Origin: Hemiscyllium ocellatum
Lineage: Eukaryota
DNA length: 64,000 nucleotides
Direction: 5' to 3'
Assembly: GCF_020745735.1 (NCBI RefSeq)
Contig: NW_026869034.1
Location: 124,001 to 188,000, forward strand
Below the pieces are notes generated by a model. That model was given only the letters and a program-made list of their open reading frames with translations. It was not told the origin of the DNA and searched no databases. This document shows positions 1-11,559 of the stretch, piece after piece (position 1 is the first letter of the stretch; each line of letters opens with the position of its first letter). A program made the position numbers and the translations under genes.

Positions 1-1100
1 TTTTATATCTGGTACTAAGCTATTCGACTTCATTTATGGGATGTGACCACAGAACAAGTGGGTTTCACATTTGATTAACTAGGATAAACGCAATCTCACT
101 GAACTTCTTACAGATGTTCTCTGTAATTAGCGAATGAGGCAGGAAAATAAATTCTGGTGGGAACGCTCAATAGGGATGAATGAACTAGGAATTAGAGCCA
201 GGCTGATTCAGTCTGATTTGGCATGGAAATGTTTACATAATGAATATAAATCTGAATAAAACTAGTGCAAATTTCCATCGAGTTTGTAGATTAATTTAAG
301 AAGTTTCTGCTTGTTTTTTTTTCAATGAATAAAGTAAAAAATGCAGCCTGGTAATTAAAGTGAATCTACAGACCTGTCATTAACTCTTTGAATGGAAGGA
401 AAGACTTGAGGGGATGGGTGTTCTTCACGATGTCTGGTGCTGTACTCAGTGCCTTGTTTTCAGGTTAACTCCAAATTCAACCCACAAGGAATAATGACAT
501 AAATTAGAGAATTGTCTCACACCAATATTGCCAAGTATTTTCAATCACGTTAAATATAATGATCAGAATTTCCATGGCCATTCACCGTTCCAGTAACACT
601 TTAAAACCTCTGCAAATGCATGAAGACAAAGAGAATAATTATGTTGAAACACAATTTGTCCGAAATTCGATAACTGATTTGGCAATTAGTGTGACCAGCA
701 GCATTTGCACGTAACGTTCATGGACATAGAAATGAACTCATTACATACAGATTACTCTTGTCCCAAGTATCAATAGATGGTGTTAAGTAAGAGACCAACT
801 CTGAAAGAAAGATAACTCCGGGAATTACATTATGGTATCTTCGATGATTTTACTTTTTTCTCAGGTTTCACTTTTTACAAAGCCAGTGTTCTTTAGGAAT
901 TATTACACAGATTACGTTATAGGTAATCACGAATTCTTTCACAGATCAAAATATATGAACAATAGTAAGTATCGTTTCAGCAAGAGTTAGAAGTTGCCAT
1001 TTCGAAGGTGGTTACTTCACCTTGTGACGACATAACCTGAAGAGTGGGTGTACTGAATCTGAAGAGGCATTTTACATTGACTTTGATTGCTGTTTCATAG

Positions 1101-1409
1101 GAGATACTGTGCGCCACGATTACACAGTTAAAATCCTCCCGCCACCAGTAGAACAGATCTTGCTGGAGGCGACGGTGACTTTAAGCTGCCTTGTGTCCAA
1201 TCTTCCTTCTGGAGTCAACGTCACCAGGATACAAGAAAAGAAGCCTCTGAAATTAGAAATTGCTGACCAGTCTGGACAGAATCCTGGCAGTGCGATTAGC
1301 AAATTAGAAATTTCGACTGAAGCCTGGCTGAGTGGCATTACTTTTGAATGTGTGGTGTACCATCAGAATCTACCAACTCCGTTGAGAGACTCCATCCACA
1401 AGAAGAAAG
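1101..1409 (+). CDS. IgW: IgW heavy-chain penultimate constant exon (CH5-like), copy A; conserved Trp replaced by Arg
   Basis: Acceptor tttcatag|GA, donor AAAG|gtgagc. Translation [44 protein letters not shown]...[28 protein letters not shown] is a C1-set Ig domain resembling recalled shark IgW C5 ([17 protein letters not shown]). VNVTRIQ stands where VNVSW is expected. Confidence 0.88.
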
Positions 1410-1866
1410 GTGAGCGGTGGGATTAAAGCACAAAGAATTCCGTGTGTAATTGAGATCCAGGCACATCAATGGTAAGCTTTGATTGGTAATGAGCAAACAC
1501 TGTTGGGAGCATAAATCATGCACTTGATAGCAGAAAAGCTAAGTATCTGATTAAGAAAGAGACAGACCAAAGGCTATTCTATTCCGATTAAATCAGATAA
1601 GGTGGGAAGGAACCTAGGTTGTTACGTCACCATCAGCGATGACACATGGACAGAATGTCCTTGTTGTGGGCTGGAAACATGGACACGACTTTCAAATTAA
1701 ACTTTTTACATCTTTTATTGAACATAATGTCTACCACTCTGCTCCTATTAGAAAATGAATGTGAATAAATCCCAAATTAAGAATGGCATATTTTAATATT
1801 TAGTGAAATCGTGATATTGATTTTGGTTTTTATAGTTGATTTATATTTGTCTCAAATATTTTGCAG

Positions 1867-2258
1867 TGATTAATGCACTGGAGCCATCAGTGTCTGTGCT
1901 CCTGCCACCAACAGAAGAAACCTCCGTTCAGAGGTTTCTCTCCCTCACCTGTTTAGTGAGGGGTTTCTTCCCCCGAGACATCTTCGTCAAGTGGACAAAC
2001 AATGACAAGTCGGTGAATCCCAGTAACTACAAGAACACCGAGGAGATGGTGGAGAGCAACAACACCTCCTTCTTCATCTACAGCCTGTTATCCATTACTG
2101 CGGAGGAGTGGGCCAGCGGTACTTCTTACTCCTGTGTGGTGGGACATGAAGCGATTCCATTGAAGATCATCAACAGAACAGTCGATAAGTCGAGTGGTAA
2201 AACAAGTTTTGTAAACATTTCACTTGCACTGATGGACACTGTTAATTCATGTCAATAA
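1867..2258 (+). CDS. IgW: IgW terminal constant exon (CH6-like) plus secretory tailpiece, copy A
   Basis: Acceptor ttgcag|[12 protein letters not shown]...[22 protein letters not shown]...[29 protein letters not shown], then tail [20 protein letters not shown] with an N-glycan site and penultimate Cys. Internal donor G|gtaaaa after 2196 for the membrane form. Confidence 0.93.
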
Positions 2259-2259
2259 A
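2254..2259 (+). terminator. Secretory-form polyadenylation signal AATAAA overlapping the stop codon (copy B 41993-41998)
   Basis: TGT CAA TAA AAA: the hexamer spans the last codon and the TAA stop. Confidence 0.65.
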
Positions 2260-2390
2260 AATCTCAACGTTGATTCAATAATTCAACAAAAGTAATAAAG
2301 CATTTTTTTTTCGTCCAGTTGTGAGCTAAATATACAACTGCTGAATGAATTGATTCTCATTCTTACCTCTATTCCATCTGTGCAGTTTAA

Positions 2391-2635
2391 ATGAGATGAG
2401 ATTCCCTTCAGTGTGGAAACAGGCCCTTCGGCCCAACAAGTCCACACTGACCTTCCGAAGAGCAACGCACCCAGAACCATTCCCCTTCATTTACCCCTGA
2501 CTAATGAAATCAATACTACGGGCAATTTAGCATGGCTAATTCACATAACGTGCACATCTTTGGACCGTGGGAGGAAACTGGGGCACCCAAAAGAAACCCA
2601 CGCAGATGCGCGGACAATGCACAAACTCCACAAAG
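2391..2635 (-). mobile_element. HE1/V-SINE-like element, 5'-truncated (copy B about 42130-42374)
   Basis: Reverse complement gives TGTGGAGTTTGTGCATTGTCCGCGCATCTGCGTGGGTTTC...CCTCCCACGG core and a LINE-like 3' tail (GGGCCGAAGGGCCTGTTTCCACACTG). Confidence 0.8.
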
Positions 2636-2964
2636 TTAAATTGGATCTTTAACAGGTCTGGGAAGCGTGTCTTGTGCAGTTATGTTCCCTGCTCCGATAC
2701 ACCCTGGGTGAGAGACTGAGTAAAGCTCACTCATTGCACGATTCCGCCAAGTACCTCATCCATCCTAAATCCCACTGTGATGGAATCTGACAATGTCCAT
2801 TCTACATCAAGGGGAGAACACAAGTTTTGATCTTGGTGTTCCTGATTCCCCGATTGGCCATTCTTACAAAATTCACGTTTCCTACAAAACAAGGTCGATG
2901 TTATGTTATCGTGGGCAATCAGTTAAAATTAGAACCATCAACTTAGAATAATAAAAATTGCAGT

Positions 2965-4330
2965 TTGGTATAAGAGCAGAAGCACACACAGATACAGAGA
3001 GATGCTCACAAATACACACGTAAAGACATTTATACAGACTCTCACATAAACATAAACAGTTATGCACATCCACTCAGATGTGCATATAGATAAGACATCA
3101 CATACGCGTACACGCACAGAACCACACATGCAAATGGTACTTGAACATTCATCTGAGCTTTTCCAAAAACTCACATACACCGAAAGAAAAGCTCATACAG
3201 AAATAAACAGGGGTACTTATACATAACCATGAAAAACATAGACACACGGTAACACATAAATGGACACAAATTCATATGCATTCATGCAGCACAGTGCATT
3301 CCTGAAGAAGGGCTTATGCCCGAAACGTCGATTATCCTGCTCCTTGGATGCTGCCTGACCTGCTGAGCTTTTCCAGCAACACATTTTTTCAGCTCTGATG
3401 TCCAGCATCTGCAGTCCTCACTTTTTCCTAGCACAACGCATTCAGGCATACATGCATGAACACAGATATAACATACCAAAAATGCCCTCCTGCATGTCGA
3501 CACACACAGGCACGTAAGTGCACAGAGAAAACGTAAATTTCATTATTTTCCTATTTTTCATTATCACAAACATATGATGACAGAGGCAGCTTTTTTTTAT
3601 ATTTAAGCCACGTTGATCAGCACGTATACGCGGTCACATGCACACACAAATTCAGAGTCTCACATGCAGACACGCAAGTGCACAGATCAACAAAAAGTGG
3701 GGCATTTATTAAACAAGGATAATGGCACAAGCATCAGCAAGCATCCACACACAATAACACAAACAAGCTTATCAGGATATGATTTAGGATAGATTGCCAC
3801 ACAAGCAGACATCATCACATAAATATAAACATCCATCAAAACATGATTTTATATGCTAACACTTATTAAGCATAAACATGAAAATAAACTAGTGAAGCGA
3901 GAATCTGAAATTGATACATGAACACACATTTTAGATAGCACTAACGAATAATGAACAATCACAGGGACATTATGAGATAAACATAGGCATCAGTGAAATG
4001 GCATATTTGCATAAAGATGCTTATGCACTGTGAATTGAACAAAACTTACGTGCACAAACGCATGAACACACCAGCAATAAAGGAGCATGAATATGTTTAT
4101 TCGTGCACAGACTCAAACATGGGTAAGAATGAAGTCAGAGTAAATCATAACTACATGCAGAAACATTAAATGAAAACCATACACATCAAGCAGTAGATCA
4201 AATAAATTAAGGGATACATGCACAAAAACATATTCCTTAAAATAGAGACCCTACAAACAAAAATATGAAGCAAAGTTGTAATTGTGTATGCAACGTATAT
4301 TCATAATCTGCCAAGCAATTTCTCACCAAT
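2965..4330 (+). repeat. CA-rich low-complexity tract in the secretory-to-TM intron (copy B about 42705-44070)
   Basis: Dense CACA/CATA/ACAC motifs (e.g. cacacacagatacagagagatgctcacaaatacacacg), strongly A+C skewed, interrupted by a PLE tail at about 3295-3430. Confidence 0.75.
3295..3432 (+). mobile_element. Penelope-like element 3' tail with minimal hammerhead motif (copy B about 43035-43171)
   Basis: CTGAAGA-AGGGC TTAT GCCC-GAAACGTC followed by GATGCTGCCTGACCTGCTGAGCTTTTCCAGC, the same tail as the longer PLE copies at 50112-51105 and 53830-56010. Confidence 0.75.
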
Positions 4331-4725
4331 AAATAAAAATGAGAATCACATTTGAACTTTTATGCAATGATGGCTACGATTTTCAACTAAACTGCGGTCA
4401 CAAACTATAATTAAAATATCATGACATAATTAAAATACTCATTCCTAATAAGCGTTCCTCAAATAATAATATCCTTCAATAATAGATGAAAAGAAAAAGT
4501 AATTTAAAATGTTGCTACAGACAGCGCAGAAGGAACATGTGCATTTATTTTTTGCAAGTTCTTGCCAAGAGTGAATAATGCACTAAGAAATTCAAATAGT
4601 CACAATTGAGAAACATCTGCCTGTTTATGAAGATGCAATGGTCTCTAGTTTCTGACTTGGATATGGATAGATCGGACTGGATCCATAAACATTTTAAATG
4701 CGTTCTCTCGGATTTATATTCATAG

Positions 4726-4853
4726 ATTCAATGAATTGCACTTGGATTGAAGACTATGAGGATGATAATGGCAACATCTGGACAACTGCTTCCACGTTCA
4801 CCACCTTGTTCTTCCTGAGTATTTTCTACAGCGCTGCTGTCACTCTGGTGAAG
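4726..4853 (+). CDS. IgW: IgW transmembrane exon TM1, copy A
   Basis: Acceptor catag|AT, donor AAG|gtgaga. DSMNCTWIEDYEDDNGNIWTTASTFTTLFFLSIFYSAAVTLVK has an acidic spacer and the conserved antigen-receptor TM (CART) motif. Confidence 0.93.
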
Positions 4854-4990
4854 GTGAGAATAATCACATCTTTCACACGCCAAGAAGCCCAATACGTTTT
4901 GTAAAATCTCTAAGTGTACCATTAAATTAAAAAAATATGAATGCCCCTGATCATAAATATCTGCGTCATTGCTTTATCTCTCTTTTCCAG

Positions 4991-4999
4991 GTTAAGTGA
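4991..4999 (+). CDS. IgW: TM2 exon (VK-stop), copy A
   Basis: Polypyrimidine tract tctctcttttccag|GTT AAG TGA gives the classic KVK cytoplasmic tail. Confidence 0.85.
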   Translation, partial: VK

Positions 5000-5406
5000 A
5001 TGAGTTGTGGACCCCTTTGCTTTGCTGATCTGCTTATCAAGGTCTATGAATTCCCAATCTCTAATCTGTCTTGTTGCTGACTCTAACAGTGAGATCATTT
5101 CAGCTTCTCAGCGTGTGACTGAAACAATTAATCATGGATTTTCCTTTTTACTTTCTTTGGTATCGTCGAGATGATTGTAGTTGAAAAAAATTGTAGCTGC
5201 CCAGTTGTTTAAAACCCATTTGTTTTTTCTTTGAATTTGTTCCTCATTCAGAATGATTGCCTACCCTTTATGATGAGCTATTGTATTCCTTTTCTGTTGA
5301 CAGTTACGGATGTACAGAAACTCACAGCTCCGAGTGCACACGATCTCATCTCAATGTGGCATCCAGCCATTGTATTCACGTCTGTTAACTTTAATATTAA
5401 CGTTTG

Positions 5407-5447
5407 AATAAATTGCTTTCTGAAATGGTTAATAAATCTCGAATAAA
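5407..5447 (+). terminator. Cluster of three AATAAA signals, probable membrane-form poly(A) region
   Basis: AATAAA at 5407, 5431 and 5442, about 410 nt after the TM2 stop; retained in copy B near 45146-45186. Confidence 0.55.
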
Positions 5448-7289
5448 TGTGCACTAACCATTCGTTTGCTTAATTCTTTCTTCAAGTCTAATCAGTAATA
5501 ATACATTTTCTTACGTCCCTCTCGTTTTCCAGCTAAATACTTTCACTTGTTCTGTTTGCTTGTGTTTCATCCAGTCATTGAGGTAATGCTGGGCTACCAT
5601 GCAGCCCTCTAATGTAAATGCATCTTCCACACGATATGCCTGATGGAACACTCCAGAAGCAGAATGACCCGAGAACATTTCCTCTTATGCACAAAGGGTT
5701 ACGGCCTCGGGTCACATAATGATAAAAATGAGGTGCTTCGCTCCACCTAAGCAGATAAAAGGCAGGCAACGGAGTTTGAAAGTTTACTCTGCTCTGTCTA
5801 AACTAAAAGTACTCCCAACGTCGGGACAGTCTGAGTTCGTAATGCACAATTAACCAGCTAAAGCGCCCAACAAAATATTCATCAGCCAAAAATGTCAACG
5901 TTCAGTCAGGTATTCAGGCACAACACATGTATAATCCAAGGGCAGATTCTCAGAACTGGAGTTTGTCTTACAAATAAAACTCATGGAGCATAATTCCTGG
6001 GATCTATTTGACAAACACCTGTCAAATCCAAGGAAATCAGACTGAGATCTATCAGATACACGAATATTATTGAACAGCAACACTCAAAAATAATAAATCA
6101 GAGGTCGATGTCGATCAGGCAAGGCACAGCTCAAAAGTACTGGAAATATTCAGCTATTTGGATCTATGTGACGCAAGATAGAACTGAGAACCAATCATAG
6201 CAACTATTCACAGCGTCTGGAATCTATCAGCAGAGGTGAACAGTCCCAATTTCTCAGAGTCGGCGAGGTACATCATCCCGGGAACAGTGTTGTGAATCAG
6301 TCATGCATCCTATCTCATAACTTTACATTTTTCCCAAAATGTGGCTTCTGAAACGAGATGCAATATTCCAGGTGAGACAAGCGACTGTTTTATTTCTGTT
6401 TAACATAATTGCTTTGCGTTTGTTCGGTACAGAGTACTTGAAGCAAGGTTTCTTTGCTTTTCTGTTCACATGTCATGGTTCATTCTCTGATTTGTGCAGA
6501 TATACATGGAGGACCCTGTGTTCCTGCACCCTTTGGGTTTACACCCTTATTATTGTATATTCCACTGAGTTCATCACAAAGTACAGAGGCATGTCACACA
6601 CCCCTGACATTGAGATCTATCTGGCACACCAATATTAATGAATAAGAATCCTCAAATTATAAATCACAGATTGATTTCGATCAGGAAAGGCAGAGATCAG
6701 ACGTACTGGAAAATCTGCTGTTCTCCATGTCATTTCCCACAAACCCTCTGCAAAACGTTGAACCTCTGAGTTGTTCTTCCAATATCCTAACATTTTACCT
6801 TAAATTGCTATTAATATTTTCTGTAATTTTGCCTTATTGATCAAAGCACAGGTTAAAACTGCAAGCACTCCAAATACTGAATTCCGAGAGCGTACACGAT
6901 ACGGCGACCTATATTCTGAAACGGCAAACACCCGTTAACAAAGGGCTGACAAGTACAAAACAGCAGGTGATATGAATTTGAAATAATCAAAACGTATGGA
7001 AAATAGCCTGAAGGTACAACGGTGTGAGCAAGACCTTAGCAGTCAAAATGGAGTTCGTTTTTTCTAAAAATAAATGTTACTTATATCCATAACTTACCTT
7101 CCACACAATGTTACTTTTTATTTCCCATCACCAAGTCACCTATAGTATTTTTATTTTCAGCTACTAACCATCATCAGTAAATTGAATAATTTATGTTCAA
7201 AGCCCCTCAAAGACAACTGACACCATCAAAGGTACGGCAGAAGTAGGAAGACCTAAAAGGAGATTGGAGTCAATTTTTCTTGTGGTGAA

Positions 7290-8160
7290 ATACTAGTGCT
7301 GTTCTGACAGAAGGTATTTCTGAGGGATGGTCCAGTAAAGCTATGTTGGTGGAACTCAAATAAGAAGAGCATGATTATGTTGAGGCAATTGTAATAGTCT
7401 CCCCAGTAGTCAGAGTGAAATTAAGTAATAAATATTTTGAGAGATCTAATTTGTACCTAAGAGTAATAGGGTTGTAATAATAGTAAATTTTAACCTTCCA
7501 ACCATAAAGCGGGACAGTCATGGTCTTAAGAGTTTGAGTGATGAGGAATTTGTTCAGTGTTGAAGGAATTCTTTTCATTAATATGCAAAAGAAGCTACCG
7601 CAGAAGGAGCAAATCTGTTGTCTCCTCTTGTGAAATAAAGCAGGGCAAGTGACTGAATGGTTAGTAGGGGAGCAGTTTGGGCAAGGGGTCATAATTCGAT
7701 TAGTTGCAAAGTACCTATGGAAAGGATTGGCATTATATACAAGTTAAAGTTCTGAATTAGACGAGGGAAAATTTGACAGTATAAGACAAAAACTTTCAAA
7801 GATTGATTGGAGTAGACTGTATGCAGCTGGAGGGAAGGCCAGCAAAAGCGAGGCTTTCAGATGTGAGATAACGAGACTTCAGAGGCATGATATTCCTGTT
7901 AGAGTGAAGGTAAGGCTAGGAAGAGGAGGGAACAATGGAGGAATAAAGATATTGAGGCTCTGTTTAAGAATAAGGACAAATCATATATTAGATATAGATA
8001 AATGAGATGAAGTGAATCTCGAAGAGTACACGAGGTGCACGGACGTTCTAAAAAGGGGAATGAGGAGGGCAGGAATGAAAAAAATGAGATAACTTTGGTA
8101 GATAATGTTAAAGATAATCCAAAGAGATTCTACTCGTACATTAAGAGCAAAGGAGTAGTG
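7290..8160 (+). mobile_element. Decayed CR1-type LINE ORF2 fragment (copy B about 47030-47900)
   Basis: Degenerate peptides such as FNLPTI...EEFVQCVE and KDNPKRFYSYIKSK, typical of CR1 ORF2 between the endonuclease and RT domains. Confidence 0.65.
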
Positions 8161-8166
8161 TTATGG

Positions 8167-8390
8167 AGTCATAGAGATGCACAACATGGAAACATTCCCT
8201 TGGTCTCATTTTCCCATGCTGACCAGATATCCTCATGTAATCCCATTTGCCAATACCTGGCCCACATCCCTCTCGACCCTTCCTATTCATATACATACTA
8301 AGACGCCTTTTAAATGTTGAAATTGAACCAGCGTTAACCACTTTCTCTGGCAGTTCATTCCATACACACACCATCCTCTGCATGAAATGG
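8167..8390 (-). mobile_element. CR1/HER1-type LINE 3' end (copy B about 47906-48130)
   Basis: Minus-strand ORF CVWNELPEKVVNAGSISTFKRRLSMYMNRKG and a terminal ATGACTC repeat. Confidence 0.8.
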
Positions 8391-8877
8391 AAAACAGCAA
8401 TTGCAGTCCGGATAATCTCACTATATCATTTGTGAAAAAATAGTTCCCTGCTTTGACCTTGCAGTTAATAGAGCCTATTAATTAGTCCTGTGCTTGTAAT
8501 AATTCTCCTTTATCTGTCATTCTACATTTATTTGCTATAGTTATCATGTAGATTACTGCACCTCTCCAAGTGTTTCACCAAAAATTCAAATCAAACAAAA
8601 TAAAACTGGAAATTAAAATATTGTCTCTAATTATTAAAAAAAGCAATTCAATGACACCAAATTGGAAGAGGAATTGTTGAAAGATAGTCAACTCTGAGGA
8701 CTACAAACGTGCAAGAGATTTATTAATTAATTTACTGCATGGTCAAAAAATTAGCAAATGAAGATCCACACAGATAAACGTAAGGTGTTACACCTTGGTC
8801 GGAATAGTGTACAGGTCACATATTCAAAAATGCGTTATTTAAAGTGTGGGAGACAAACAATGGGATCTCAGACAATT

Positions 8878-8890
8878 NNNNNNNNNNNNN
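8878..8890. other. Assembly gap (13 N)
   Basis: Run of 13 N directly at the end of duplicated copy A. Confidence 1.
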
Positions 8891-9445
8891 TGCGATTGGA
8901 GGGGGTGCGGGTTTCCAGGGCATTGTCGACAAGGTGGGAGGGGAAAATTGTAGTCTTTGAAAAATGAGGTTATCTAGTACGTTCTATGGTGGAATTGGTA
9001 CTCCTGGGAGCAGATGCGGTGGAGGGAAGGGAATTGAGAAGAAGGGATTTTTTTTACAGAGGTAGGGTGGGAGGAGATGTTCGTCCAAGTAGCTGTGGGA
9101 GTCAGTGGGCTTGTAGTAAATGTTTAGTCGTTAATTCGTGATGGAGATGGAGTGGTCTAGGAATGGGAGGGAGTGTCCCAGATGGTCCCTGTGAAGTTGA
9201 GGTCAGGGTGGAATGTTTTAGTGAAGTTGATGCACTGTTCAAACTCCGAGATGAAATGGCGCTGATACAGTCATCAATGTAGCGGAGGTAAAGGTGGGCA
9301 ATGGTACGGTGTAGCTGTGGAAGATTGACTGTTTCACATATCCGACGAAGAGGCAGGCATAGCTTGGGCCCATCGGGTGCCCATGTCTACTCCTTTAGGT
9401 TGGAGGTAATGAGAAGATTGGAAGTAAAAGTAGTTGACAGTTGAG
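8891..9445 (-). mobile_element. Penelope-like element RT fragment (same family as 53830-56010)
   Basis: Reverse complement contains GGAGTAGACATGGGCACCCGATGGGCCCAAGCTATGCCTGCCTCTTCGTCGGATATGTG, matching 54928-54985 (MGTRMG-SYACLFVGYV). Confidence 0.8.
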
Positions 9446-10719
9446 CTGTTCAGCCAAGTGAATGAGAGTGTGAGAGGCAGGTTCTGCTTGCGTTAGTGTA
9501 ACAGGAAAAACTGGTGAGCTTCAAGGCCTGTGTCATGGTGTTTGCATGTGTACAAGGCCTTGTCATTCTGTTCATTCTGGGGCTTATCAATAGCTCGCAC
9601 TTTTTATGGAACTGCAAGGACAATGGCTGGTAACTCAGAAAAAACAATGTTTTAGACTTCCGCTTGAAGCAAATTTTGACCAGAACGTTAAATACCACAA
9701 AGCTCACTGTGGGAAATGTCAGTGACTTCAAATTTTAAGAATATTTGAAACTCTGTTAAAACTAGGCATTTTCAATCATAGTTTCTGAAATAATCGAGAA
9801 AATACTTAGCCGTTAGAATTAGCCCTTTCAACTATGATTTGCAAAGTTTGAAGCTATACAGTGCTGTGCTTTATTTCAATTCAATGTCGGTCAGCGTTAG
9901 ACAAGACGAGGTGATCTCTCCATATATGGATTCTGTTAATCGGACACACCGACATACCTGTCTCTACGAAATTGTTTGCTTAATTGATGAAAATCTATTA
10001 ATAGATCAAACAGAATGTATTCAGCTGGGGAGGTGATAGATACAGAAAACAGAATCTAAAACTGGGAACATTAAATCTGAAGTGAGAGTAACAAGAAGTT
10101 CCTCAAAGACAGGAATAGGTGCAGTCGATATGTTCCAGACGGTGGTGATTCGAATGGGTTTGTTACATAGTCGGGAGACTCGTCCAATGACGTCCTGGTA
10201 TCGGACCACAAAACAGCGATTGAAAGGTCGTTTCAATGCACATTTTACACTTTGTGCCCTGATATAGGCCACATTGGCAGATGTTTCCGCCAGATTGTGT
10301 CCCCTGAGTTTATTTTCTGATGAGAAGTGAGATGTTTGCTAGCTGCTGGCACATACAAACAGGAAGTTGTGTGTCAGCTGAGAATGATACACCAGGCGCT
10401 ACATTCTGTATTATCAGCACAAACAGTCATCTTGCCTCTGTGGGTGAACACACAGACAGTATCAAGAACAAACGGCTGTTGGCCTCAAAATTACATTCAA
10501 TTCGATTCCCTTTTTCCAGAATAAAAACGAAGCGTCAAAAGATTATTTAAGTCATAATAAATTACCTATCTGAGAGATACGAAGAGTTACCATTGGGCCA
10601 AAGGAGGTAAACGACAATATGTAGTTTCGCTCATAAATCTATGTTTAAAAGTAGAAAGCATGAGGGAAGTTAATAAATAAATCTAAGAGACAGCATTCAT
10701 TAACAGTTGGAATTGCAAG

Positions 10720-11350
10720 TTGTAAACATTAAAATTCAGCATGTCTTTGGTGGAAGTGATATCATATCGGACATGGTTGATTCTGCTTTCCGAAGAGGTA
10801 ATGAGATTTGTCAACGAGTGTCAAAAATGAATGAAATGCTTCTTGACTTCAATGAGGTTTTTGACAAGAGCTTGTATCTTCAGTAAAGTAAAGAGTTCAT
10901 GGGATCTTTTGCAGTTTGGCAAATGCATCGAAGGTTTAGTTGGTGGCAGAAGGTCGAGGGTAATGGTCGACGGTAATCTTTATGAAGACATATCTTGTCC
11001 AGTGGCTTGTTATAAGACTTTGTGTTGGATTCTTTGCTGTTTGCAGTGTATATTAATGATCTCGTCAAGAATGTAGCAATTTTGATGAGTAAGATCAAAG
11101 ATAAGGTGAAAAACGTTTAGTTTTGCAATTGAGGAGGAGGAAATCCTTGGAATACAGTATGACATCGATGACTTGCCTTTCCGACAGAAGAATGAATTGA
11201 AAACGTAATATTATATCCTGAGGTCTGTGAAATAAAGCATTTTCGAGACTAACAATTTAAGCAAATATACGATGCACAGTTGGAACCTACAAAACACAAA
11301 AGGTAAGCGATCTCTTGTTGTGCATAGCCACATCATGTGGTGAGTTAGGT
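10720..11350 (+). mobile_element. Highly decayed CR1-type RT fragment
   Basis: Remnants of GKSCLTxM..FDK and LLFAVYINDL motifs. Confidence 0.5.
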
Positions 11351-11559
11351 GTGGACGATAGTTTCCAGGTATTGTGGTTTGACTATTAATTCAGGAAACT
11401 CGGGTCTCAGACCGCAGTGCTGCCACATCAGGTCGTGAATTATGGTTTTTAATTAAACAACTCATTCGAGGAATAGGTTCCACAGATATTCCCATGCTCT
11501 GTGATAGATAGCATAACATATCAGTGCAAAATGTAAGGCTGCAGCATTCACAACAATCT

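Larger units (their letters stand above)
1..8877 (+). repeat. Copy A of a near-identical (about 99%, by eye) duplicated segment; copy B is 39740-48613
   Basis: Position 1 TTTTATATCTGGTACTAAGC matches 39740. The offset of 39739 holds through the exons (ORF 1109 vs 40848, 1836 vs 41575, 4698 vs 44437). The match ends at GACAATT, at the N gap (8877) and at 48613. Confidence 0.97.

Noticed and set aside
1101-2258. Constant exons as IgNAR or IgM
   Set aside because: Motifs ([54 protein letters not shown]) match recalled IgW. The V has a conventional CDR2/FR2 and a WGQG J, so it is not a VNAR.
2938-3503. Minus-strand Cys/Val-rich ORFs (80 and 73 aa)
   Set aside because: Artefacts of translating the CA-rich tract and the PLE tail.
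10270-10385. ETS (CAGGAAGT) and E-box (CAGATG, CAGCTG) motifs as an upstream enhancer
   Set aside because: Short motifs at a frequency compatible with chance; no conservation evidence available.
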